DNA of 64,000 nucleotides from Thalassobaculaceae bacterium (GCA_965228875.1 OZ245843.1:3888616-3952615); one strand, 5' to 3'. Shown: positions 1 to 9,790, counted from the stretch's first letter. Translations and numbers: made by a program. Notes: a model not told the origin generated them from the letters alone.

Positions 1-270
1 GGCCCAGCCGGTCTCCGCCGCGCCGAGATAGCCGGAATAGATCCCGTCCAGACCCTGCCAGCCGGTATGGGTGCCGATTCCGCGAAACAGCTCGGCGATC
101 TCATGACCCTCGTGCACCCGGCCGGAGAACTTGCGGTGGCCCGGATGATTGGAGAACGAGACGGTATCGACCCGCCAGACCTCGTGCCCGCGGCGTTCCA
201 GCGCAGGGACGGCGGCGGCGTTGCCGACATGGCCGACGGCGACGTGGGAGGAGAGGGCAAGGACCGGCAT
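1..270 (-). CDS. pdxY: Pyridoxal kinase (5' part; runs off the window start)
   Basis: Not in the ORF track. Manual translation from ATG at 270 gives MPVLALSSHVAVGHVGNAAAVPALERRGHEVWRVDTVSFSNHPGH...IYSGYLG, matching the SHVxxGxVGN, SNHxG and SGYLG motifs of PdxK/PdxY. Confidence 0.85.
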   Translation of the reverse strand, partial: MPVLALSSHVAVGHVGNAAAVPALERRGHEVWRVDTVSFSNHPGHRKFSGRVHEGHEIAELFRGIGTHTGWQGLDGIYSGYLGAAETGWA

Positions 271-437
271 GCCCCCTCTTACCCGGTTCCGGCAGGGACG
301 TCAGGAGGACAAATCATGCCGGTTGTCGGGCAACTCGGTGCCGCCCGACACCTATGGAGAAACTAGAAGTCAATTGGATGCCGGAATACGACAACACAGC
401 ACCGACTCTCGAACGCAAGGACGCTGCAGCAAAGCTA

Positions 438-947
438 CTATTTTCCGACAGCAATCCAGTCGAGTGAGAACGACCGCAGCCTGGTCAGATTGAATGCTGC
501 GCACTCGTACTTGAAGCCGGCTATCTGACGCTCCGTAATTCGGCAATCATACGTTAGGTGCTCAGACGGATCGCCTGATACCCTCAATCTGGAGTCAAAC
601 TGGTTCAATGCGACAATCACGGCCGGGATCTCGGTGAAGCTCTCGCGATAATTTACTGATCCCGAAATAGTTCTCTTTCCAACATTTGGTCTGTATAGCG
701 CCCACTCATTCGGTTCAGGAGGGCTTTCTTCAGCCACCCGCCCATATTCATACTTTATCGCGGGCCGGTCGTCAGAGATACACGGAGGAGGACCAAGAAT
801 AGTTCCGTCTGGACACAAGAGAGCTCCACCTCTGATGAACTGTGCCGCGACTATGATAGCAATACCGACGATTCCAATTCCAATGAGCCATTGTGGGGCA
901 TTTTTGAGAATCCACTCAATTGCTGCGGGCATTCTGAACTCCTCCAT
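438..947 (-). CDS. Membrane-anchored protein with a C-terminal H-type-lectin-like domain
   Basis: N-terminal hydrophobic helix (WLIGIGIVGIAIIVAA). C-terminal pattern VNYRESFTEIPAVIVALNQFD...AGF...LDWIAVG resembles H_lectin. Lies in an AT-rich islet. Confidence 0.6.
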   Translation of the reverse strand: MEEFRMPAAIEWILKNAPQWLIGIGIVGIAIIVAAQFIRGGALLCPDGTILGPPPCISDDRPAIKYEYGRVAEESPPEPNEWALYRPNVGKRTISGSVNYRESFTEIPAVIVALNQFDSRLRVSGDPSEHLTYDCRITERQIAGFKYECAAFNLTRLRSFSLDWIAVGK

Positions 948-1249
948 CTAGTGTGGTCTGAAGTCAGAAATAGAAATTGCTAGTAGTAATGATAATCTTA
1001 AAAAAACATCAAAAGAGGACACGCAATACTAGTCTCGCCAAAATCCTTTTCGGGCGATAATTGAACAATCATAGCATGTTTAAGTTGCTACGGAAGAAAT
1101 ATGTTGCACTCCGTGCTTCAGGTCACCCACCGGGCCATATTCCGAACCGGTTGTCGCATCCCCACCCGCTCGTTACCCTCCCTGTCCCTTCCCGCCCGCT
1201 ACCCTCGCCGTCCCGCCGCGAAGCGATCAACCAGACCGGACTCTGCCCC

Positions 1250-2134
1250 ATGGCCGCCACTCTCCGTCCCCGCCGTTCCGTCCTCTACATGCCGGGCTCC
1301 AATCCCCGTGCCCTGGACAAGGGACGCAGCCTGCCCTGCGACGCCATTGTCATGGATCTGGAGGATGCCGTCGCGCCGGAGGCTAAACAGTCGGCCCGCG
1401 ACGCCATCGCCGCCGCGGTCGCGGCGGGCGGCTACGGTGCCCGGGAGATCCTGATCCGGGTGAACGGCCTGGACACGCCCTGGGGTCACGACGACCTGGT
1501 CTATGCCGCCGGTCAGCCGGTCGACGGCGTGGTGCTGTCCAAGGTCGAGAGCGGCGACGCGGTGCGTAAGGCGGAGTCGTTGCTGGTCGGCAACGGTGTG
1601 CCGGATGGCCTTGGCCTGTGGTGCATGGTCGAGACCCCGCGCGGCGTCTTGGCGGCCCAGGACATCGCCGGCGCCACCCCGCGCATGGCCGGCCTGATGA
1701 TGGGCACCAACGACCTGGCCAAGGACCTTCACTGTCTGCATACGCCGGACCGGTTGCCGCTGATGACGTCCTTCGGCCTGTGCATCCTGGCGGCGCGGGC
1801 CCATGGTCTCGCCATCCTCGACGGCGTGCATGCCGATCTCAACGACGACGCCGGCTTCGCCGCGGTCTGCCGCCAGGGCGTGGAACTCGGGTTCGACGGC
1901 AAGACGCTGATCCATCCCAAGACCATCGCGGCGGCCAACGCGGCCTACGCGCCGACCGCGGAGGCGATCGCCTGGGCCCGGCGGATCGCCGAGGCCCACG
2001 CGGCGGCGATGGCCGAGGGCAAGGGGGTGCTTCAGGTCGACGGCAAGCTGGTCGAGGGGCTGCACGTTGCAGAAGCGCAACGACTTGTGGTGATGGCCGA
2101 CATGATCGCCGAGATCGAAGGTGCCGCCGGATAG
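1250..2134 (+). CDS. CitE/malyl-CoA lyase-like CoA ester lyase (HpcH/HpaI superfamily)
   Basis: RPRRSVLYMPG, MDLEDAVAP, IRVNG, MVETP, GTNDL and GFDGKTLIHP motifs. Start moved to ATG 1250. Confidence 0.88.
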   Translation: MAATLRPRRSVLYMPGSNPRALDKGRSLPCDAIVMDLEDAVAPEAKQSARDAIAAAVAAGGYGAREILIRVNGLDTPWGHDDLVYAAGQPVDGVVLSKVESGDAVRKAESLLVGNGVPDGLGLWCMVETPRGVLAAQDIAGATPRMAGLMMGTNDLAKDLHCLHTPDRLPLMTSFGLCILAARAHGLAILDGVHADLNDDAGFAAVCRQGVELGFDGKTLIHPKTIAAANAAYAPTAEAIAWARRIAEAHAAAMAEGKGVLQVDGKLVEGLHVAEAQRLVVMADMIAEIEGAAG

Positions 2135-2139
2135 CGTGC

Positions 2140-2559
2140 CTACGGCGTCGTTTCCGCCATGTCCAGGATCAGCGCCCATTGCGCATCGGTCACCGGGACC
2201 ACCGACAGGCGGGACTGCCGCACCAGGGCGAAGTCCTCCAGCCTCGGCTCGGCTTTGATGTCGGCCAGGGTGACCGGCTTTGTGACCGCCTTTACCGCCT
2301 TTACCGTTACCATTCCGAAACGCTCGGACTTGTCGGTCGGGTCGGGATGGTACTCCTCGATCACCTCGACGATGCCGACGATCCGCTTCTCGTTGACCGA
2401 GTGATAGAAGAAGCCGCGGTCGCCGACCTTCATGGCCTTCATGTTGTTCGAGGCCTGATAGTTGCGCACGCCGTCCCAGCCTTCGCCGACATCGCCCTTG
2501 CGGACCTGATCGTCCCAGGACCAGGTGCCGGGTTCGGATTTGAACAGCCAGTAGGCCAT
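2140..2559 (-). CDS. EVE domain-containing protein
   Basis: YWLFKSEP, WDGVRNYQA, GDRGFFYHS and RQSRLSVVPV motifs. Confidence 0.92.
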   Translation of the reverse strand: MAYWLFKSEPGTWSWDDQVRKGDVGEGWDGVRNYQASNNMKAMKVGDRGFFYHSVNEKRIVGIVEVIEEYHPDPTDKSERFGMVTVKAVKAVTKPVTLADIKAEPRLEDFALVRQSRLSVVPVTDAQWALILDMAETTP

Positions 2560-2597
2560 GGGGGCACTCCTTCTGCGGGGATCGTTCTATCTAGCGC

Positions 2598-3671
2598 TCA
2601 CGCCTTGACCCGGCCAGCCCCGATCGAGGGTGCGGCGTCCGGGTCCAGCGGCCAGCGCGGCCGCGGGCGGAAGTCCAGGCCGTCGACGAGGCCGAGGGCG
2701 AGCCGCTCCTGACCGGCCCAGGCGATCATCGCGCCGTTGTCGCCGCACAGGGCGAGGGGCGGGGCGACGAACGCCATGCCGCGCCCCGCTGCCAGCGTCG
2801 CCAGCGCCGTGCGGATGGCGCCGTTGGCGGCGACTCCGCCGGCCACCACCAGCGGCCGTCCGGCGATGCCCTCGCTCTCGAGCCGGTCGACGGCCCGGCG
2901 TGTGCGGTCGACAAGCGATCCGGCGACGGCCGCCTGGAACGCGGCGGCGATGTCGGCGACACGCCGGTCGTCCAGGGCGTCGCCCGCCTCCTCGACCCGA
3001 CGGCGCACCGCCGTCTTCAGCCCGGAGAACGAGAAGTCGCAGCCCGGCTTGCCGACCATCGGCCGGGGCAGCGCGACCGCAGTCGGATCGCCGCCCGCCG
3101 CCGCCCGTTCCACCGCCGGCCCGCCGGGATAGCCGAGGTCGAGCAGCTTGGCGGTCTTGTCGAAGGCCTCGCCCACGGCGTCGTCGATGGTCGTGCCGAG
3201 GCGGCGGTAGCGTCCGACGCCCTCGACCAGCAGGAGCTGGCAGTGGCCGCCGGAGACCAGGAGCAGCAGAAAGGGGAAGTCTATCCCGTCCGTCAGGCGG
3301 GCGGTCAGCGCATGGCCTTCCAGGTGGTTGATCGCCAGAAACGGTTTGTCGTGGGCGCAGGCGATCGCCTTGGCCAGGGTCGCGCCGACGAGCACGCCGC
3401 CGATCAGGCCCGGACCGGCCGTCGCCGCCACGCCGGCCAGGTCGGCGAAGCCGATCTCGGCCTCCGCCATCGCCCGGGCGACCACGGCGTCGAGATGGTC
3501 GAGATGGGCCCGGGCCGCGATCTCCGGCACCACGCCGCCATAGACCCGGTGATCGTCGAGCTGGCTGAGCACGACGTTGGACAGGATCCGGCGATCGGAG
3601 TCGACGATCGCCGCCGCTGTTTCATCGCAGCTCGTTTCTATGCCAAGAATGGTCGCTGGCCCGGAAGGCAA
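2598..3671 (-). CDS. tsaD: tRNA N6-threonylcarbamoyladenosine synthesis protein TsaD
   Basis: [53 protein letters not shown] and DNGAMIA motifs. Confidence 0.97.
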   Translation of the reverse strand: MPSGPATILGIETSCDETAAAIVDSDRRILSNVVLSQLDDHRVYGGVVPEIAARAHLDHLDAVVARAMAEAEIGFADLAGVAATAGPGLIGGVLVGATLAKAIACAHDKPFLAINHLEGHALTARLTDGIDFPFLLLLVSGGHCQLLLVEGVGRYRRLGTTIDDAVGEAFDKTAKLLDLGYPGGPAVERAAAGGDPTAVALPRPMVGKPGCDFSFSGLKTAVRRRVEEAGDALDDRRVADIAAAFQAAVAGSLVDRTRRAVDRLESEGIAGRPLVVAGGVAANGAIRTALATLAAGRGMAFVAPPLALCGDNGAMIAWAGQERLALGLVDGLDFRPRPRWPLDPDAAPSIGAGRVKA

Positions 3672-3763
3672 GGCGTGGTCTCCGTCTCGAACGGCTCCCG
3701 TCTACACGAATCCCGGACCGATGACACGACCTGGATAGGCGAACCCGCCCGGATGGCTCACCC

Positions 3764-4702
3764 ATGACCGCCAAGATCACCCTCGGCTCGCGCGGATCGG
3801 CGCTGGCCCTCGCCCAGACCCGCGAGACCCGCGAGCGGCTGATGGCCGCCTGGCCCGAGCTTCGCGAGGACGGGGCGGTGGCGATCCGCACGGTGAAGAC
3901 CACCGGCGACGTGGTGCGCGACCGCCCGCTGGCCGACCTCGGCGGCAAGGGCCTGTTCATCAAGGAGGTCGAGGGCGAGCTGCTGTCCGGCGCGATCGAC
4001 GCCGCCGTGCACTCGATGAAGGACATGGAGACCACGATCGCCGACGGCACGCGCCTCGTCGCCGTGCTGCCGCGCGAGGACCCGCGCGACGCGTTCGTCT
4101 CGCCCCATGCCGAGAGCTTTGAGGCGCTGGAGACCGGCGCGCGGATCGGCACGGCCTCGGTGCGCCGGGCGGCACTGGTGCTGAACCGGCGGCCGGACCT
4201 CGAGGTCGTGATGTTCCGCGGCAACGTCGACACCCGCCTGCGCAAGCTGCGGGACGGAGAGGCCGAGGCTACGTTCCTTGCGGTCTGCGGCCTGAAGCGG
4301 CTCGACATGGAGCATGCCATCACGAAGGCCATGGAGCCGGCCGAGTTCCCGCCGTCGGTCAGCCAGGGCGCCATCGGCGTCCAGTGCCGCGACGGCGCCG
4401 CCTCGGCCCGCGACGCCGATATCGCGCGCTGGCTCGCCGTCCTCGACGACGCGCCCAGCCGCGCCCGCGTCACGGCGGAGCGGGCGATGCTCGCGGCGCT
4501 GGACGGATCCTGCCGGACGCCGATCGCCGGCCATGCGGTGCTGGACGGCGACCGGCTCAGCCTCACCGGCCTCGTGCTGTCGCTGGACGGCCGCGAGAGC
4601 CATGCCGGTGCCGCCAGCGGCGCGGTCGAAGACGCGGAGGCCCTGGGACGCGGGGTCGGCGAGGATATCCTGTCGCGCTGCGGACGGGGCTTCCTGGCCT
4701 AG
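3764..4702 (+). CDS. hemC: Hydroxymethylbilane synthase (porphobilinogen deaminase)
   Basis: GSRGSALALAQ, GGKGLF, AVHSMKD, FRGNVDTRL and DGSCRTPI motifs. Confidence 0.97.
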   Translation: MTAKITLGSRGSALALAQTRETRERLMAAWPELREDGAVAIRTVKTTGDVVRDRPLADLGGKGLFIKEVEGELLSGAIDAAVHSMKDMETTIADGTRLVAVLPREDPRDAFVSPHAESFEALETGARIGTASVRRAALVLNRRPDLEVVMFRGNVDTRLRKLRDGEAEATFLAVCGLKRLDMEHAITKAMEPAEFPPSVSQGAIGVQCRDGAASARDADIARWLAVLDDAPSRARVTAERAMLAALDGSCRTPIAGHAVLDGDRLSLTGLVLSLDGRESHAGAASGAVEDAEALGRGVGEDILSRCGRGFLA

Positions 4703-4714
4703 GAGGGAGCGGCG

Positions 4715-5452
4715 ATGCGACGGGTCATCGTCACCCGGCCGGCGGAACGCGCGGAGGATCTGGCGGCGGAACTCGCGGCGGCCGGGATCGAGGCGGTGAT
4801 CGCGCCAATGCTGACCGTCGAGCCGCTGGAGGCGGACGGTGTCCTGTCGCCGGGCGTGCAGGCCGCGCTGGTGACCAGCGGCAACGGCGCCCGTGGCCTC
4901 GCGCGGCTGACCGAGCGGCGCGACGTCCCGGTGCTCGCGGTCGGGGACGCCACCGCGGGGATCGCGCGCGCGGCCGGGTTCACGGAGGTGGAAACCGCGT
5001 CGGGCGACGCCGACGCCCTGGTCGCCCTGGTCGTCCGGCGGTGCGACCCGGCGCTGGGACCGCTGGTCTGGGTCAGTGGCGAGGCGGTCAGCACCGACAT
5101 CGTACCGGTTCTCGCGGCCCGGGGATTCCGGGTGGAGCGGCGGGTCGTCTACCGCACGGCCGCCGCCGAAGCGCTGCCGGCCGCGGTCGCGGAGGCCCTG
5201 CGTGCGGGTGCGGTCGACGGCGCCATGTTTTTCTCCTCCCGCAGCGCCGAGGTGTTCATCGGGCTTGTTCGCGGGCGTGGCCTGGAGACCGCGTGTGGCC
5301 GCCTGTCTGCCTACTGCATGAGCGACACGATCGCGCAGACGGCCTCACAATTGCCTTGGAATGCGATACATGTAGCAGGGGAACCGACCAAGGCCGCCCT
5401 GCTCGACGCCGTGATCGGCGGCGGGCGGCGGCCCAGAGTGACAGAGGACTGA
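4715..5452 (+). CDS. hemD: Uroporphyrinogen-III synthase
   Basis: VTRP, VTSGNG, AVGDATA, VYRT and FFSSRSA motifs; directly follows hemC. Confidence 0.92.
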   Translation: MRRVIVTRPAERAEDLAAELAAAGIEAVIAPMLTVEPLEADGVLSPGVQAALVTSGNGARGLARLTERRDVPVLAVGDATAGIARAAGFTEVETASGDADALVALVVRRCDPALGPLVWVSGEAVSTDIVPVLAARGFRVERRVVYRTAAAEALPAAVAEALRAGAVDGAMFFSSRSAEVFIGLVRGRGLETACGRLSAYCMSDTIAQTASQLPWNAIHVAGEPTKAALLDAVIGGGRRPRVTED

Positions 5453-5455
5453 TCC

Positions 5456-7174
5456 ATGGCGGAGACGCCGAAGGACAAGGACACCGACGAAACCGTCATC
5501 GACGGAACCGCTACCTCGCTCGAGGGCGGTGCGGCGCCGGAGGCGGCGGATGCAATCGCGGAGGCCGACGAGGATCCTGCGGGCGCTCCGGACAGCGTAT
5601 CGGCCGGCGACGCCGGCGATCACGTCTCGGGCGGCGAGGACGTCGACGCGCTGACCGGCGGGTCGGCCGCCGGTCCTTGGAGCGCCCCGGCGGTCGCGGG
5701 ATCCGGAACCGCCAGCGATCCGGCGACCGACGCGACGCCTGAGGCCGCGCCGAACCCGGCGCCGAATCCCGCGCCGGCCCGTCCGGCGACGAAGACCGGC
5801 GGCGGCGTCGGTCGGCTGATCGTCGTTCTGATCCTGATCGTGCTGGTCTCGGGAGTGGGCTACGCGACCTACCCCGAATGGCGCGAGCAGGCTCTGCCCT
5901 ATGCCGAGATGGCCGGAATCACCCTGCCGCCCGTACCCGGCGAGGTCGCCGGGGAGCCGTCGGAAACTGAGCCCGCCGCCCCCGTCCCCGCGGTGGAGGC
6001 CAGCGGCGATGCCGATCCGTCGACGGACCCGGCCCACGCGGTAGAGGCGCCGGCGCCGAGCGCCGCCCAGACAACCGAGAACGCGCCCGCAGCCACTTCC
6101 GCCACCACTCCTGCATCCACTCCTGGGACCACTGCCGGTGCCGCGGCCGTTCCGACGGTCTCCGCCGAGGACTTCGCCGAGGACTTCGCCGCTCTGTCCG
6201 AGCGCCTGCGCGCCGTCGAGGCCGAGGTCGCGGCGCTGTCCGACCGCGAGGCGGCCGCGTCGGCCACCGGGTCGCCGGATCAGGACGCGGTCGATACGGG
6301 CGCGCTGGCCGATCGGGTCGACGCGCTCGAGAGCAGGCTGATCGCGGTCAGCGACGAGATGGCGATCGTGCGTCAGGGTCTCGGGTCCGCCGAGACCACC
6401 GACGGCATCGCCGAGGTCACCTCCGGCCTCGCCGACCGGTTGGCCGAGTTGGATGCGCGGCTGTCGGTTCTCGAACAGGCCCCGGCGGCCCCGGCGGCGA
6501 GCCCGCGGGAGCTGGAGGCGCTGTCGGGCCGGATCGACGATCTGGACGGCCGGATGGACGCGAGGATGGAGGCTCTGACGTCGCGGATCGAGACGCTGGC
6601 GGCCGGTCAGACGGATCTTTCCGGCCGCGTGGCCCAGGGCCGCGACGCCCAGGAACGCGCCGGCGCCTTCCTGCTGGCCAGCAACCTGCTCGCCGCGGCG
6701 ACCAGCGGATCCGGCGGGTTCGCGCCGGCGCTCGACGCGGTGGAGCGCGCGGCGCCCGAGGGGGCCGAGACGGCGGCGGCGGTCGCGGCGTTGCGGCCGC
6801 ATGCCGATGGGGTCGCCTCGGTGGCCGATCTGCGCGCGCGCTTCCCGGCCGTGGCGGCTTCGGTCATCGATGCCTCGATCGTCGGCGCCGATGACGGCGT
6901 GGTCGGCACCGCCCTGACCCGGATCGCCGCGCTGGTGACGCTGCGTCGCACCGAGACGGCCGAGGGCAACGACATCGACGCCATCGTCAACCGTGCGGAG
7001 GCGGCCGCGAACGCGGGCGATCTGAAGACGGCGGTCGATGCGCTGTCGGCACTGGACGGCGACCCGTCGAAGGTTGCCGCTGCCTGGCTCGGTCAGGCGG
7101 AGGCCCGGATCGCCGTCGACGACGCGGTCCGAACCCTTCAGGCTCGGGCCCTCGCGGCCGTGTCGGGGGGCTGA
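5456..7174 (+). CDS. Mitofilin/alphaMic60-like (COG4223) membrane-anchored coiled-coil protein
   Basis: Acidic disordered N-terminus, one TM helix, coiled coil and a C-terminal mitofilin-like region (AIVNRAEAA...GDLKTAV...AWLGQAEARIA). Sits between hemD and the hemY-like gene. Confidence 0.82.
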   Translation: MAETPKDKDTDETVIDGTATSLEGGAAPEAADAIAEADEDPAGAPDSVSAGDAGDHVSGGEDVDALTGGSAAGPWSAPAVAGSGTASDPATDATPEAAPNPAPNPAPARPATKTGGGVGRLIVVLILIVLVSGVGYATYPEWREQALPYAEMAGITLPPVPGEVAGEPSETEPAAPVPAVEASGDADPSTDPAHAVEAPAPSAAQTTENAPAATSATTPASTPGTTAGAAAVPTVSAEDFAEDFAALSERLRAVEAEVAALSDREAAASATGSPDQDAVDTGALADRVDALESRLIAVSDEMAIVRQGLGSAETTDGIAEVTSGLADRLAELDARLSVLEQAPAAPAASPRELEALSGRIDDLDGRMDARMEALTSRIETLAAGQTDLSGRVAQGRDAQERAGAFLLASNLLAAATSGSGGFAPALDAVERAAPEGAETAAAVAALRPHADGVASVADLRARFPAVAASVIDASIVGADDGVVGTALTRIAALVTLRRTETAEGNDIDAIVNRAEAAANAGDLKTAVDALSALDGDPSKVAAAWLGQAEARIAVDDAVRTLQARALAAVSGG

Positions 7175-7177
7175 CCC

Positions 7178-8575
7178 ATGCGCCGTTCCATCGTCTTCCT
7201 GGTGCAGCTCGCGATCTTCGTCGCGGTGGCCGTCTGGCTGGTCGAGAATCCGGGCGATCTTCGGATCGACTGGCTCGGCTGGCGGCTGGAGACGCCGTTC
7301 GCGCTTTTCCTGGTCGTCCTCGCCGGCGCTTTCTGGGTGGCGGCGGTCGGCTGGCGCACCGTCCTGGCGACGGTGAAGGCGCCGTTCGCCTTCATGCAGC
7401 ACCGCAGCGAGCATCGCCACGAGGAGGGCTACAGGGCCCTGGTCCAGGGGATGGCGGCGGTCGCGGTCGGCGACGGTGAAGAGGCCAAACGGCTTGCCCG
7501 GGAGGCCGACCGGCTGCTGCGCGACCCCAGCCTGACGCGTCTGCTTTCCGCCCAGGCCGCCGCCCTGAGCGGCGATGCGGCGGCGGCGGCCAGGTATTTC
7601 GCCGCCCTGCGCGACGACAGGGAGACCGCGTTTCTCGGCCTGGTCGGGCTCATGCGGCTGGCCGACGCCCGTGGCGACGACGCCCATGTGCTCGAACTTG
7701 CGGAGGAGGCCCACAAACTGCGGCCCGACTCTGTTCAGGTCGCGACGACGCGGGTGTTCGGCCTGGCGCGCGCCGGACAGTGGGCGCAGGCACAGTCGGC
7801 GCTGTACGACGCGGTCAAGCGCGGCCTGATTCCCCGCCCCGAAGGCCGTCGTCACCGCGCGGCCCTGCTGATCGAGCGCGCCCGGATGGCATCGGACCCG
7901 GCGGAGGCACTGGAACTGGTCGCGAAGGCGCGGGAGAACGTGCCCGATCTCGTTCCGGCGATCGTCGGTGAGGCGCGCCTGTCCGCGGAGACGGGACGCC
8001 AGGAGAAGGCGCGCAAGCTGATCCACGACCTGTGGAAGTCGGCCCCCCATCCGGAGCTGGCGGCGGCGCTGCGGGCGCTCTGGCGGGATGAGACCCCCGC
8101 CGTCGTGCTGAGCAAGGTCCAGACCATGGTGGCATCGCTGCCGGAGCATCCGCAGAGCCGGCTGGCGGTCGCCGAGACCGCGCTGGACGGGGATTTCTGG
8201 GGCGAGGCGCGGGCTCAGCTCTCGGCGCTCGATCCCGACGACGTCGGTCCGCGGGCCTGTAGCCTGTGGGCCCGTCTCGAGGAATCGGAGAATGGCGACA
8301 CGGCGGCCGCGCGCCGCTGGCTCGAGCGGGCGGCCCATGCGCCCGGCGATCCGGCCTGGACCTGCGAGTCCTGCGGCGCGGTGAGTGCAAGCTGGTCGGC
8401 GCTCTGCGGCCATTGCGGCGCCTTCGACACGATGCAGTGGTCTCGTCCTCCCCGGGGCACGGTCATGCCGACCGACCAGGTCAGGGATGAGCGGGACGCG
8501 GGTGGCCCGGTGGTCGACGTCACGACGGAAAGCCTGCGCGACGATTCGCCGACCGGAGCCGCGAGCGCCGCATAG
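7178..8575 (+). CDS. HemY_N/TPR-like membrane protein (alphaproteobacterial 'HemY'/Orf52) with C-terminal CxxC...CxxC
   Basis: Two N-terminal TM helices, helical repeats, PHPEL motif and WTCESCG...LCGHCG; operon position. Confidence 0.85.
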   Translation: MRRSIVFLVQLAIFVAVAVWLVENPGDLRIDWLGWRLETPFALFLVVLAGAFWVAAVGWRTVLATVKAPFAFMQHRSEHRHEEGYRALVQGMAAVAVGDGEEAKRLAREADRLLRDPSLTRLLSAQAAALSGDAAAAARYFAALRDDRETAFLGLVGLMRLADARGDDAHVLELAEEAHKLRPDSVQVATTRVFGLARAGQWAQAQSALYDAVKRGLIPRPEGRRHRAALLIERARMASDPAEALELVAKARENVPDLVPAIVGEARLSAETGRQEKARKLIHDLWKSAPHPELAAALRALWRDETPAVVLSKVQTMVASLPEHPQSRLAVAETALDGDFWGEARAQLSALDPDDVGPRACSLWARLEESENGDTAAARRWLERAAHAPGDPAWTCESCGAVSASWSALCGHCGAFDTMQWSRPPRGTVMPTDQVRDERDAGGPVVDVTTESLRDDSPTGAASAA

Positions 8576-8690
8576 TCGGCCGGCGGCGTCCTGCCGGATG
8601 GGGAGACAAGCCGGATGCAGGGACTGTTCGGATGAAGGAGCCGCTGCGACCCGCAGCGCGCGAATCGCGGGATCCTCTGAAGATTTCGTT

Positions 8691-8720
8691 AATGCCGACG
8701 GTTTTTGCGTTGGCATTTTA
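8691..8720 (+). terminator. Possible intrinsic terminator after the hem operon
   Basis: Inverted repeat AATGCCGACG-GTTTTTG-CGTTGGCATT followed by a short T run. Confidence 0.4.
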
Positions 8721-8824
8721 GGCCCGATTGATTAGAATTCGATCTATCCGGCGAGAATGCCGGGTATTTCGACCGTACGGGCGCCCATGGACACGTGCCC
8801 GTGCAGTCCAGAAAGGACACCGCC

Positions 8825-9598
8825 ATGGTCGCTACAATAGAGAGCGCGGCCGAGTTTCGTGTCGGAATCGGCACGCCGTCGCAAAGGACCTCCTCCGCCG
8901 TCGCAACGCGTCTGCAGGACGCGTTGGCGCGACCGGCGACCACGGAGCAGAGCGCGGCATCCAGACCCTTCGTTCCCAATGATCCCGGATACATCACGGT
9001 CGAGCCCGACGGTCGCGACGACGTCGGCTTCCGCGACCGACTGCGTCAGGCGATCGAGGCCGTGGTCAGCGCGTTCGCCGACCGCGAGTCCGTCGCCGAG
9101 GTGACCGACCGGGTGTTCGCCTCGGTCTCGGACACCCTGGACAAGGCCGAGGCGGCCGGCGAGGAAGTCGCCGTTCAGCTTCGCATCGCCTCCCTGGATG
9201 TCTCGGTGTCGGACTCGTCCGGCGCCGACGCCTTCGCCTCGATCCGACAGTTCGCGCTGGAAGTGGGCATCGCCCGCGACGGAGCGGTCTCGGCCGAGGA
9301 TACCCAGGTTCTGGCCACCGATGGCCGCAGTCTCGGCCTGAGCCAGGAGCAGGTCCGTGCCGGGCTGACGACCGGTCGCTACGAGCGGGTCGACACCGGG
9401 AGCGACGAACGCCTCAGCGAGGTGGCGCGCGAGCGTCTGGCGGCGGCGCGTAGCGGACTGGAGCGGGTCAAGGCGGTTCAGGACGCGCTCTCGGCGTTCC
9501 GTCTCGGCGACGACGCGCCGTTGCGCGAGCTGTTTGAGGGCGACGGCGGTAGCCTCGGGCAGGTCTTCCCCGGGATCGGCGCGCTGTCTTTCCGCTGA
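8825..9598 (+). CDS. Hypothetical protein
   Basis: ORF with genome-typical codon bias and an AAAGGA RBS before ATG 8825; no family recognised. Confidence 0.7.
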   Translation: MVATIESAAEFRVGIGTPSQRTSSAVATRLQDALARPATTEQSAASRPFVPNDPGYITVEPDGRDDVGFRDRLRQAIEAVVSAFADRESVAEVTDRVFASVSDTLDKAEAAGEEVAVQLRIASLDVSVSDSSGADAFASIRQFALEVGIARDGAVSAEDTQVLATDGRSLGLSQEQVRAGLTTGRYERVDTGSDERLSEVARERLAAARSGLERVKAVQDALSAFRLGDDAPLRELFEGDGGSLGQVFPGIGALSFR

Positions 9599-9647
9599 CC
9601 GGCGGGGGACCGGCGGGCCGCCTGTCGGGGCAGTGGTGATGCGACGC

Positions 9648-9676
9648 TTGCATCCGCGCCACTTCCTCCGTATCTA
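9648..9676 (+). promoter_or_regulatory. Putative sigma70 promoter of tRNA-Thr
   Basis: TTGCAT-17 bp-TATCTA about 40 bp upstream of the tRNA. Confidence 0.45.
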
Positions 9677-9714
9677 GGGCGCCAAATCTTTCCGACACAT
9701 CGCGTGTCGCCGGA

Positions 9715-9790
9715 GCCGCAATAGCTCAGCTGGTAGAGCAACGCATTCGTAATGCGTGGGTCGGGGGTTCAAGTCCCTCTTGCGGCACCA
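9715..9790 (+). tRNA. tRNA-Thr (anticodon CGT)
   Basis: 76 nt with acceptor stem GCCGCAA/TTGCGGC, D-arm TAGCTCAGCTGGTAGAGC, anticodon arm ACGCA-TTCGTAA-TGCGT, T-loop GGTTCAAGTCC and encoded CCA. Confidence 0.97.

Noticed and set aside
985..1003. Fur-box-like AGTAATGATAATCTTAAAA
   Set aside because: Only a partial match within an AT-rich islet, so a chance match is likely.
1061..1249. N-terminal extensions of several ORFs in the track (e.g. 1061, 11385, 33402, 36987, 62435 starts)
   Set aside because: Family motifs and RBS positions indicate downstream starts; the extensions are open by chance.
5345..8716. 1123-aa minus-strand ORF
   Set aside because: Antisense shadow of the Mic60-like and hemY-like genes; Arg/Gly-rich with no motifs, as expected in high-GC DNA.
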